Part shown: positions 20,424 through 29,233 of the stretch, in pieces
Numbering within the stretch: the stretch's first letter is position 1
How the letters are laid out: every line of letters begins with the position of its first letter
From: Gammaproteobacteria bacterium
GTDB lineage: Bacteria; Pseudomonadota; Gammaproteobacteria; Ga0077536
Direction of reading: 5' to 3'
Assembly: GCA_963662545.2 (NCBI GenBank)
Contig: CAXXLL010000003.1
Coordinates: 1,760,001-1,824,000 of the forward strand
DNA length: 64,000 nucleotides
Notes under the pieces: model-generated
Told to the model about the DNA's origin: nothing
Databases searched by the model: none
What the model saw: only the letters and a program-made list of their open reading frames with translations
Translations under genes and position numbers: made by a program

Positions 20424-20486
20424 ATTCGCCCGCAAGCGGGCTCCTTATACGGTATTGTCCGTGTAGGAGCCCGCTTGCGGGCGAAT
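20424..20486. repeat. REP doublet (inverted pair of GTAG-type REPs)
   Basis: ATTCGCCCGCAAGCGGGCTCCT ... GTAGGAGCCCGCTTGCGGGCGAAT, each arm internally palindromic. Confidence 0.8.
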
Positions 20487-20489
20487 TGA

Positions 20490-20792
<303 letters not shown>

Positions 20793-20807
20793 CGGAAAGA
20801 ACTTCCC

Positions 20808-22484
20808 ATGCTTAAAAGATTCCCGGTAATGTGGCTGCTGCTGGTGTTCGCGGCGGCGTCGGCAAAGGCCGTTGAAGTCGCTCGTCCCCAGCACAATGCG
20901 ATCGCTTCGGCGCATCCAGCCGCAACGGCGGCGGGCCGATCCATCCTCGACGCCGGGGGCAACGCCTTCGATGCGGCCGTGGCGGTTGCCGCCGCGCTTG
21001 CCGTCGTGGAACCCTTTTCGTCCGGTATAGGCGGTGGCGGATTTTTTCTGCTGCATCGTGCCGCCGATGGCAAGCAGGTCTTTATCGACGCGCGCGAAAC
21101 CGCGCCGGGCGCGGCGAGTGCCGACATGTATCTCGACGAACGAGGGGAATTCGTTCGCGAGCGATCGCTCAACACCGCGCTCGGCGCGGGTATTCCAGGG
21201 CTTCCCGCGGCATTGGTTCACCTGAGCGAAAATTACGGCAGCCTGCCGCTGGAGAAGACCCTGGCGCCGGCTATCGCCCTGGCGCGCAATGGCTTCGAAA
21301 TCGGAAATCGTTACCATCGCATGGCTGGATTCCGTACGAAAGCGTTCGCCGCGTCGCCGGAAGCCGCCGGTATTTTTCTCGATGAGGGCATGCCGCCGCC
21401 CGTGGGTTTTCGCTTGAGACAACCGGACCTTGCGGCGACGCTCGAGCGGATCGCCGCTGGGGGAAACGCCGCCTTCTACCAAGGTGACCTGGCCGCGCGC
21501 CTGGTCGACGGCGTCAGGGCGGCGGGCGGTATCTGGACCCTGCAGGATCTTGCGGCCTATACGATCAAGGAACGGGCGCCGATCGTCGCGACCTACCATG
21601 ACGTCCGTGTTGTGGCCGCACCCCCGCCGTCCTCGGGCGGCATCGTCCTGGTCGAGGCGCTCAACATCCTCGAACACTTCGACCTCGACGCCATGAGCGC
21701 CGACACCCGACTGCACGTCATCATCGAAGCGATGCGGCGCGCATTCCGCGACCGCGCAGAATTTCTGGGGGATCCGGATTTTGTCGATGTTCCGACCGCG
21801 CGCCTCATCACGAAACAGTATGCAGAGGTCCTGGTAGCGGGTCTCGACCTTGAACGGGCCACCCCGAGTGACACCCTGCCCGGTATCGCGGGCGGTCCCG
21901 AGGGCCGCGATACCACCCATTTTTCAATCATCGACCACCGAGGAAATCGGGTGGCCGCGACACTCAGCGTCAACTATCCATTTGGCGCGGCATCGGTGCC
22001 TCCCGGCACCGGCGTGTTACTCAACAACCAGATGGATGATTTTTCGGCCAAGCCGTTGACCCCGAATGCCTATGGCCTGGTCGGCGCACACGCGAATGCA
22101 ATCGCTCCGGGCAAACGGCCCCTGTCCAGCATGACCCCGACTTTTCTCGAAAGCCCGCAGGCGGTCGGTATTCTCGGTACGCCCGGGGGCAGCCGCATCA
22201 TTTCCATGGTGCTCATCAGCTCCCTGGAATTCGCTAACGGCGCCGACCCGCACGTCTGGGTCAGCGCGAAACGCTTTCATCACCAGTACCTGCCGGACGA
22301 AGTGCAATACGAACGCGGCGGATTGAATGATTCAGAACAGGAGCAATTACGCGCGCGCGGCCATACCCTGCGGGAGCTCAGCCGCAACTATGGCAACATG
22401 CATGCGATCCTGTGGCAGCGCGCGGCCGGCGTGGTCAAGGCGGCAAGTGATCCGCGCGGCGAAGGCGAGGCGCAGGTCTGGTAA
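20808..22484 (+). CDS. ggt: Gamma-glutamyltranspeptidase
   Basis: GGNAFDAAVA, SGIGGGGF, DTTHFS (catalytic Thr), PGKRPLSSM, GTPGGSRI. Confidence 0.95.
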   Translation: MLKRFPVMWLLLVFAAASAKAVEVARPQHNAIASAHPAATAAGRSILDAGGNAFDAAVAVAAALAVVEPFSSGIGGGGFFLLHRAADGKQVFIDARETAPGAASADMYLDERGEFVRERSLNTALGAGIPGLPAALVHLSENYGSLPLEKTLAPAIALARNGFEIGNRYHRMAGFRTKAFAASPEAAGIFLDEGMPPPVGFRLRQPDLAATLERIAAGGNAAFYQGDLAARLVDGVRAAGGIWTLQDLAAYTIKERAPIVATYHDVRVVAAPPPSSGGIVLVEALNILEHFDLDAMSADTRLHVIIEAMRRAFRDRAEFLGDPDFVDVPTARLITKQYAEVLVAGLDLERATPSDTLPGIAGGPEGRDTTHFSIIDHRGNRVAATLSVNYPFGAASVPPGTGVLLNNQMDDFSAKPLTPNAYGLVGAHANAIAPGKRPLSSMTPTFLESPQAVGILGTPGGSRIISMVLISSLEFANGADPHVWVSAKRFHHQYLPDEVQYERGGLNDSEQEQLRARGHTLRELSRNYGNMHAILWQRAAGVVKAASDPRGEGEAQVW

Positions 22485-22492
22485 TAGGCGTC

Positions 22493-22850
22493 GGTTATAG
22501 GAATATGGGACGATCAAAGCAGAACAAAGCGCATCCAACGAGTATTGAGGTATCAAGCAGAATTCAAGCGGGACATCGATTAAAGATAACTTAAGCTGTT
22601 GAGAGCATCGAAAAGTTAAGGACCCCGTTTTGTAACAGGCGGACGTTGATCATTACCGATGCTCTGGCGGTAAGGCCGAGCGTTCCCGCGCCGGTCGCTG
22701 GCGAGGCCTGGCATCCGTGCAAGGGTTTCGCGGCGGCATCGAGCCGCAGTCCTTGAGGCCCGGCAGCGCTGCTTGTGGGGGTGCTCGAGCGGAAGGAATG
22801 CCGGACCGCGTCGGCTGCGCATTGCGCTGGTCAAGATGGTCGAGGATGGC
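22493..22850. repeat. Repeat A: degenerate IS91/ISCR-like oriIS-end fragment
   Basis: Aligns with 24616-24912; begins GGTTATAGGAA. Confidence 0.65.
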
Positions 22851-22869
22851 ATCTATCAGGGGCGTTCGG

Positions 22870-23127
22870 ATGGCGTCAGTTGGCCAATACGGGGGCTTTC
22901 GCCTGATCTATCCCGAGGACGGAAGCGTAACGGGTAAGGTCTGCGCTACGATCGAGCACGACCCCCGTGGAATGGCCGAAGCGGATGCGGATACGGCCTT
23001 GTTCGCGGCGGGGTTCGTGACGATCAGCGTGATCGAGCCCCGCTGGAACACAGCGAAAGGTGAAGCCAGCGCAACGCCTGAGTGGATAGTCACACTCGAA
23101 CGCGAGTTGAGGCGCGAAGCGCCTTGA
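22870..23127 (+). CDS. Small hypothetical protein or fragment
   Basis: 85-codon ORF after repeat A; no recognised motif. Confidence 0.35.
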   Translation: MASVGQYGGFRLIYPEDGSVTGKVCATIEHDPRGMAEADADTALFAAGFVTISVIEPRWNTAKGEASATPEWIVTLERELRREAP

Positions 23128-23243
23128 TGGATAGCAAAGACAAGAAATAGCCGGTGCGATCAGGGACCGCACGGGCCGTGTAAATCGCTAAACCGTAGCG
23201 CCCGGGTCAGGCGGCGCCACGCAGCGCCACGCAGCGCTTTAGT

Positions 23244-24215
23244 TTAGGTGTCAGGTTTCGCCGTTTCGTCAGAGGCATCTTGGAGCCGCGTCCTGAACCG
23301 GAACACCGCGAGCGCCAGACCGGCCAGCGCCAAACTGCCTGGCTCGGGGACATTCGTGCCATTCACGTTGAACATTGCGCCTGCGGGAAGCGGCGTGCCC
23401 AGCGTGCCGGACAAATCATTGGGATCGCCGAGGGCAACCTGTGCGAAGCAGTTATTACTGAATTCGCCGAGCGCGCTACTTTCTGCCTCCCCACCACCGT
23501 TTGTCGAGCAGTTGGCCTCTTCTTCGACGCCGAACGCCGCGTCGGCCCAGACCTCGAGGTTGAAAAGGATTGTCATCATCTCGAGCGGCGCAAGGATCCC
23601 CAGATTGATCCCCGTAACCTGCGTTCCGCTCCAGGAATACACCGAGGAGCTTCCGAAGTTAGTCGTGGTCGCGTCGTTTAGCGTCGTGCCGCCCGGCACC
23701 ACAGTGCCGTCTTGATCGAGCGAGGCGTCGCTCGCAAATAAATCGCCTGACGCGCCTTCTTTTGAGATCGACAGGTCGTATCGAGCCGAACCAGTATCAC
23801 TGTTCGCCGGATTGCTGACCGCCATAAAGCCGCCGAATATATAGGCATCCAAGGAGTATTGCTGGGCGCTGCCCGAATTATTGGTAATTTTCAGCTCGCG
23901 TTCGAAAACCGCGTTGCTGTGGGCGTATTCCTGAGAAAATGCCGAGGCACGATAGACCCCGTTGCTATTGCCCCACGAATTCGCATCGGCTTGGCTGTTG
24001 GGGGAGGCGCTATCGCTCGCGCTTTCGCTAACGAAATTGGCGTCACTAGTTGGCCCATAGGTCTGTGGTGTGTTCGTGCCCGCTTTGGCGGACCCTTCGA
24101 CCGTGAGCGTATTGACCAGCGTCGCGTGTACCGGTCCCGCTACGAATATGGCGAATGCCACTGCTAACGCGCACGTGATCTTCCATGGATTTCCGGTGTA
24201 AAAAAATTGCCGCAT
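23244..24215 (-). CDS. PEP-CTERM sorting-domain surface protein
   Basis: Signal peptide ending VHA, Ser/Thr/Asn-rich body, VPEPGSLALAGLALAVFRFR tail. Confidence 0.9.
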   Translation of the reverse strand: MRQFFYTGNPWKITCALAVAFAIFVAGPVHATLVNTLTVEGSAKAGTNTPQTYGPTSDANFVSESASDSASPNSQADANSWGNSNGVYRASAFSQEYAHSNAVFERELKITNNSGSAQQYSLDAYIFGGFMAVSNPANSDTGSARYDLSISKEGASGDLFASDASLDQDGTVVPGGTTLNDATTTNFGSSSVYSWSGTQVTGINLGILAPLEMMTILFNLEVWADAAFGVEEEANCSTNGGGEAESSALGEFSNNCFAQVALGDPNDLSGTLGTPLPAGAMFNVNGTNVPEPGSLALAGLALAVFRFRTRLQDASDETAKPDT

Positions 24216-24331
24216 CGTCCTGTTCCTCTTTTTATTGCGCTGCGAGGCCCGTCACCAAACGATCGGAGTCTCATTGGTGATCGGATCCGACGCGAACGTC
24301 TGCACAGCACAGCTCGCACTATCAATAAGGG

Positions 24332-24348
24332 AAGCAAATACCGTGCCG
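24332..24348 (-). promoter_or_regulatory. Sigma54 (-24/-12) promoter of the PEP-CTERM gene
   Basis: Minus strand CGGCACG-GTAT-TTGCT. Confidence 0.82.
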
Positions 24349-24367
24349 AAAAATAAATACTTATAAA

Positions 24368-24380
24368 TATCAATCCTTTG
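24368..24380 (+). promoter_or_regulatory. IHF site
   Basis: TATCAATCCTTTG fits WATCAA-N4-TTR; lies between promoter and enhancer boxes. Confidence 0.6.
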
Positions 24381-24422
24381 CGGGGAACACACCCTGAAAT
24401 AGCACCCACGGCGGCATCGAAT

Positions 24423-24549
24423 TGTAAAAATTCTTGACAAAAATCGCTCGAATTATCGCGCTTCAAAGCGGGGGTGGACAAATTATGTTCTTGCGATCAA
24501 CAAGTTAGAAAAAAAAGAGCGCGGCCGGAACATGTAAAAATTATGGACA
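24423..24549. promoter_or_regulatory. Two TGT-N11-ACA enhancer boxes (PEP-CTERM box)
   Basis: TGTAAAAATTCTTGACA at 24423-24439 and TGTAAAAATTATGGACA at 24533-24549. Confidence 0.78.
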
Positions 24550-24615
24550 GGTGTCAATTGGCAGCGCGCCGAAACTTGCCACGCAACGGGTACTCGGACA
24601 TAAAAATTCCGGCGC

Positions 24616-24968
24616 GAGTATAGGAAGAACAAAGCGCATCCATCGAGTATTTAGGTGTCACGCGGGACACTGATTAATGATGATTGAAGCTTTTTAGGGC
24701 ATCGAGAAGGTAAGGATCCCGTGGGGTAACAGCCGGCAATGTTCATGATTGGCGATGCGGTGGCGAGGCCTGGCATCCGTGCACAAGTATCGGGGTGGCA
24801 TCGAGCCTCAGTCGTTGAGGCCCGGCAGCGCTGCTTATGGGGATGCTCGAGCGGAAGGAATGCCGGAGCGCGTAGGCTGCGCATTGCGCTGGTCAAGAGG
24901 GTCGAGGATGCATTGGATGACGGCGGGATGTTCGATGCAGGCGATGATCCTGACATTGTCGCCGCAGA
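24616..24968. mobile_element. Repeat B: IS91/ISCR-like oriIS-end fragment, no transposase
   Basis: Minus strand ends GCGCTTTGTTCTTCCTATACTC, resembling the oriIS TTCCTATAC terminus; direct repeat of A. Confidence 0.65.
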
Positions 24969-24981
24969 CATCATGTCATCT

Positions 24982-25797
24982 TCAAGTCTGGCAACGGCTG
25001 CAGAAAAAGCTCGAACGCTGTCCAATCACACGCATCTTCAACGGTTTTCGGCACCTTACACAGGGATCACCCTCGCGCCCGTAGACCCTGAGCTTGTGCC
25101 GGAAGTATCCCGGCCTGCCATCGTCGCGTACGAAATCCCGCAAGCTCGTACCCCCCGCCTCGATCGACTCGCGGAGTACGGTCGTGATTTTCGACACCAG
25201 CGATTCGTATCGTTCGAGTCCGATGCGCCCGGCCGCGCGCACCGGGTGGATACCGGCGCGAAACAGCGCTTCGCTCGCGTAGATATTGCCGACGCCCACG
25301 ACCACGCGGGCGTCCATGATGTAATTCTTGATCGCGACGGTGCGCCCCCGCGCGCGATGGTACAAGTAGGCGCCGGTAAAAGTTGCATCGAAGGGTTCGG
25401 GCCCGAGATCGCGCAACAGCTCATGCGCCATGGGGTCACCTTTGGTCCACAGCATCAGGCCGAAGCGGCGCGGATCGCGCAGGCGTAGACAACGATCGCC
25501 GCGAAAGATGATCTCGACGTGATCGTGCGGCTGGCGCGGTATGCTAGCGTCTACGACGCGCAGACTGCCGGACATGCCGAGGTGGGTAATCAGTGTCCCG
25601 CGTGGAAAGTCGAACAGCAGGTACTTGGCGCGGCGCGTGACGGCGGACAGACGCGCGCCGGTCAGTATCGCAGAAAGATTACGGCTGACCGGGCGGCGTA
25701 GCCGCCGGTCGTGGACCTTGACCGCCGTGACGTCGCGACCACACAGCAAGGGTTCAATGCCGCGCCGCGTCGTTTCCACTTCGGGCAGTTCAGGCAT
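24982..25797 (-). CDS. mutM: Formamidopyrimidine-DNA glycosylase, duplicate copy
   Basis: MPELPEVE, HLGMSG, GVGNIYASE, C4 zinc finger; intact 271 aa. Confidence 0.93.
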   Translation of the reverse strand: MPELPEVETTRRGIEPLLCGRDVTAVKVHDRRLRRPVSRNLSAILTGARLSAVTRRAKYLLFDFPRGTLITHLGMSGSLRVVDASIPRQPHDHVEIIFRGDRCLRLRDPRRFGLMLWTKGDPMAHELLRDLGPEPFDATFTGAYLYHRARGRTVAIKNYIMDARVVVGVGNIYASEALFRAGIHPVRAAGRIGLERYESLVSKITTVLRESIEAGGTSLRDFVRDDGRPGYFRHKLRVYGREGDPCVRCRKPLKMRVIGQRSSFFCSRCQT

Positions 25798-25978
25798 TGC
25801 GCCGGCGCCACCAACACATTACGCCGTTAAGGCTTAGTACCAGCGGCAGTCCGATACAGAAAAACAGGAACATCACCAGACGCTCCCACATGGCGAGATC
25901 CAGTTCGGCATCGAGAACTTTTGGCACGACGATGTCGATCAGCGCATCGTCGGCAGCAAGCCATTCGAGCGCGCGTCG
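25790..25978 (-). pseudogene. Duplicated 3' fragment of the GldG-like gene
   Basis: Matches 50701-50889 at constant offset 24911. Confidence 0.85.
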
Positions 25979-26125
25979 CCCGGCGGATGCTTTTGACGTG
26001 TTGCTCTGGTGTCTCGTGACGCGTGCTTCTCTTACTCATCCTGCTCTCCTCTCGAGCCTCGATGAGTCAGAATCACTCCATTATCTAAACTCCGCAACTT
26101 GTCTCATGAATGCTGACGGGGAACA
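25975..26125 (-). mobile_element. IS3-family left-end stub (IRL plus first codons of orfA)
   Basis: Minus strand starts TGTTCCCCGTCAGCATTCATGAGACA; ORF MSKRSTRHETPEQHVKSIRRATR resembles an IS3 orfA N-terminus. Confidence 0.7.
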
Positions 26126-26479
26126 GCACGATCCAGGCGGCGCGGGCTGTCGGCAAGGGGGTCGACGACAAACTCGAGGGACGGGAGCGCGTAAAGGAAC
26201 CCAAGCAACTCATGGACGAATGGCGGCAGATCATTGCCGAGAAATCGATCATCACGGAATACTCCGAAATCGACATCTGAATCGCCGTTGCAGGGGTCAT
26301 TTCGCTCGCAGCAGGCGGGATCCTACAGCGAACCTGAGCCGCCCTCCTGCGTCAACCGCAATTCAAAGCCGCTTACGTCATTCAGCCGACGTTATTCTTC
26401 CGCAGTCTAGCAACCGGCGCGGGTGGCGCCGAATGAACGGAGCCGGCTCGGAATTAAGCTAAGAAAAAAAGGTGTCAGG

Positions 26480-27819
26480 CTGAGGGATCCCCACAAATTC
26501 GACTAGCAAAATTCAAGTTGCACAATGGCGCGTGCCTGTAGATCCCGGAGCGCCTGTAATAAAGTTGAGCGCTGGATTTGAAGTTGCTTGGCAATGAGGC
26601 GAGCACCAACGAATACCACGGATAGGACGGGCTTACGTCTTTCGGTATTGGCCTGTAAACCTTTCACTAAACCTGTTTGGTAACCGACCAAGCCGACCAA
26701 CCATTGGGCCAGTGTGGCCAATGCGCACAGCAAGAGTAAGTTCGCCACTCTCTCGGGATCACGTCCCATGTTTTCTCTAAGTGCAAAGCCGTAACGGGGC
26801 GACTTCATGTCGCGGAAGCTCTCTTCAATCTGCATGCGGCGACGATACACGGCAACTACCCGATGCGCACTACGAAGGTTGTCCGGCAGATTGCTGGCCA
26901 ATAACCACGGCTCACGCGCCGCTGCCGACGGTTTCTCGGTATTGCGAGCCCGCGCCGGTTTGCCGTAAGCCGTATAGCAGACACGCCCGCGTTTCTTACC
27001 TTTGTAAACGAATAAATGGGTGTCCAGCGGATTACTTTTCGTGATCAAAAAACGACCCAGTGACTTCGGACGAGCATTGGCTTGGCCGTAGAGCACTTTG
27101 TTCGAATGCCATGCCGCCTCATCCATACCTCGCACGAGGTGACGATGACGGATGCGACCCACGTAATACCATCCCATTGAGGCCACAAGACTCAACCAGG
27201 GCGTCCGAAATCCTGCATCACTGACCAAGATCGGACAACAGCCCGCAGGCAGAATGGCCTTCAGTCGCTTCAGAAAGCGTTTCTCCGCTTTGACACTCGC
27301 GTAATGGTGTTCGACTTCTTCATACACGGGGATGGCTCGACCACCGACCGCTAAGGCCGCCCGCAATACATAGAGCTCTTGACGTTGATCCAGATTAGAC
27401 CAATCCACCAACACCACCGGATGCGCACAGTCCGATACCAATAACCGAGCTATCCATTGATACCACTGCAAACGCTCACCACCGAGCTGACGATTACCCA
27501 GCAAGCGATCGACGCGCTTAATCGCGTGTTTCTCGCTCGTGCCACTGTCTATGCTCCGACCGATATGCGTCAGCCACAAACGTCGGCCCCGAAGTAAACC
27601 GCCGACCGCCGCCCAAACCGAGAGTCGACGACCCAAATGCACACCGTATAGCGCTTCGCTGCTCATTTCATGTAACAATTTCAATACCTGCATGGCTCAC
27701 CTCGTCGTTCACAGATTGTCTTGCAACAACTGAGATCAACTCGAGCCATGCAGGTTCCACGAACCCACAAATCAATCTATCGCTTTGTATTTCGTTGGGG
27801 TTTTATGGGGATTCCTCAG
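26480..27819 (-). mobile_element. IS4-family element, copy 1 (1340 bp)
   Basis: IRs CTGAGGGATCCCC / GGGGATTCCTCAG; 9-bp duplication GGTGTCAGG on both sides. Confidence 0.93.
26503..27693 (-). CDS. IS4-family DDE transposase (IS10-like)
   Basis: LVDWS, VSDAGFR, EPWLLASN, YRRRMQIEESFRDMK (YREK). Confidence 0.93.
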   Translation of the reverse strand: MQVLKLLHEMSSEALYGVHLGRRLSVWAAVGGLLRGRRLWLTHIGRSIDSGTSEKHAIKRVDRLLGNRQLGGERLQWYQWIARLLVSDCAHPVVLVDWSNLDQRQELYVLRAALAVGGRAIPVYEEVEHHYASVKAEKRFLKRLKAILPAGCCPILVSDAGFRTPWLSLVASMGWYYVGRIRHRHLVRGMDEAAWHSNKVLYGQANARPKSLGRFLITKSNPLDTHLFVYKGKKRGRVCYTAYGKPARARNTEKPSAAAREPWLLASNLPDNLRSAHRVVAVYRRRMQIEESFRDMKSPRYGFALRENMGRDPERVANLLLLCALATLAQWLVGLVGYQTGLVKGLQANTERRKPVLSVVFVGARLIAKQLQIQRSTLLQALRDLQARAIVQLEFC

Positions 27820-27889
27820 GGTGTCAGGTTTATTTACTTGCTGAAACTCAGCAAGAAAAGGTATCGCTTAAATAAACCTGACACCTTTT
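27820..27889. repeat. Palindromic REP-like element (target of IS4 copy 1)
   Basis: GGTGTCAGGTTTATTTA..loop..TAAATAAACCTGACACC; same loop as 49676-49749. Confidence 0.85.
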
Positions 27890-28005
27890 CGTGGAGCCGG
27901 CTCGGAATTTGGTGGCGTGGAGCCTTGAGCCTTCCCTAGGTGTACGCACGAACCCGAGTTGATCAACAATACACCGACCGATTTAGACAGTCAGAGGAAA
28001 TAGAC

Positions 28006-28323
28006 ATGAAGAAATCGTTGAATCGTCGCGAGTTTGGCCATCTTTGCGCCGGCCTTGCAGCAACGGCTCTCGCCGTACCTGTCTCCTGGGCCGAGGATTT
28101 GCCGCAATTGGATCCGGCCGGACCGCAGGCCTCTGCACTGGGATACATCGCTGACGCATCAGAGGTTGACACCAGTAAGCACGCAAACTTCATTGCGGGC
28201 AGCACCTGTGCGAACTGCATACAGTACCAGGGCGGCGACGAGTGGGGCAAGTGCACCATTTTTCCCGGGAATCTCGTCAATGCCAAAGGCTGGTGCACCG
28301 TGTGGGTCAAAAAGCCCGCTTGA
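28006..28323 (+). CDS. High-potential iron-sulfur protein (HiPIP), Tat-exported
   Basis: NRREF Tat motif, ALGY, CANC..C.IFPG..V..KGWC..W. Confidence 0.92.
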   Translation: MKKSLNRREFGHLCAGLAATALAVPVSWAEDLPQLDPAGPQASALGYIADASEVDTSKHANFIAGSTCANCIQYQGGDEWGKCTIFPGNLVNAKGWCTVWVKKPA

Positions 28324-28344
28324 GCCGCGCCTGATCGAAGCATC

Positions 28345-28375
28345 GAAGACCGGCCTCACGCCGGTCTTCTTTTTT
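28345..28375 (+). terminator. Rho-independent terminator
   Basis: GAAGACCGGC-CTCAC-GCCGGTCTTC followed by a T tract. Confidence 0.85.
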
Positions 28376-28555
28376 GGACCTAATGCATCGCGATGCCGCC
28401 GGCGTTGCCGGATCCCACTGTGATAAAGTCTCGACCCCGTCGACAATAACAACGAGGAGTCCACCAGAGTAGCGCCGTCTCAATTGACCGCACAGCCCCG
28501 CCCCATCCAAACCTAGATATCTCCTATACAGGAGGCACTTAAGAGCCCCGGGCTC

Positions 28556-28610
28556 GTTCAACAATAGGATAAAGTCGCGGCTGCGCACGACTTATCCTTA
28601 TTCGTTAAGT
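28556..28610 (-). other. Candidate integron attC site
   Basis: Minus strand ACTTAAC (RYYYAAC)..AGGATAAGTCG..CGACTTTATCCT..GTTGAAC (GTTRRRY); 55 bp imperfect hairpin. Confidence 0.55.
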
Positions 28611-28970
28611 GCCCGATGACTCAGATCTTTCAATCACGTGCGGCATTCGCCATGCCACCAGACCGGCGATCAGGTAACCCACGTTTAGGACGCCAATCAC
28701 CCACATCCAGCCGGGCACCCCAAGAAGGAAATAACCAATCGGAAAGAAGGAAGCAAAGAACAGCACTATTAGCGTAATGCCGTGCCCATGTATCGAGGCG
28801 ATTACGACTATGATTGCTAGCATCGCCAAGAGCATCGCTACGAAAAAAGCCACGCCAGACAATGGAAGCGGCGGAGTGGGTGTCCACATTGCGACGTTCC
28901 AGCACGCACACGCTCCGACCCCAGATACTACGCCAGTGAATTTTCCAACAAGTTGTATTGTTTCCCTCAT
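28605..28970 (-). CDS. Hypothetical four-TM protein, probable gene cassette ORF
   Basis: Lower GC and hydrophobic; stop TAA lies within ACTTAAC; GTTAGGT just upstream. Confidence 0.7.
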   Translation of the reverse strand: MRETIQLVGKFTGVVSGVGACACWNVAMWTPTPPLPLSGVAFFVAMLLAMLAIIVVIASIHGHGITLIVLFFASFFPIGYFLLGVPGWMWVIGVLNVGYLIAGLVAWRMPHVIERSESSGT

Positions 28971-29233
28971 AGCGCTAATCCGGGGCACCTAACGCTAGGA
29001 TAACCTGCGTGTTACGAGTATAGAAGATATAGACGCCCCCTCTTGACCCGTGGGGTCTATTGGGGTCAAGTCTTCACTTTATACAGGTTCAAAGCGCAAC
29101 CACCGTGCTTTCGATGATCGCCTCTTATCCCGAGCTTCCTCGAAGTTATTTTCGATCCAGTTATTTCGCCGCACCGGCATCGTTAATAAATTGATGTCCG
29201 TATCCAGCGAGGTGTCAAAAAAAAGGTGTCAGG

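Noticed and set aside
23213-23236. Short tandem GCGCCACGCA repeat
   Set aside because: About two copies only; expected by chance or slippage in GC-rich DNA
24739-25488. 249-aa plus-strand ORF
   Set aside because: Chimeric read-through of repeat B into the antisense strand of mutM
26126-26280. Open frame ending ...IITEYSEIDI-stop after the IS3 stub
   Set aside because: Probably a gene tail, but it has no start or recognisable family, so it cannot be supported
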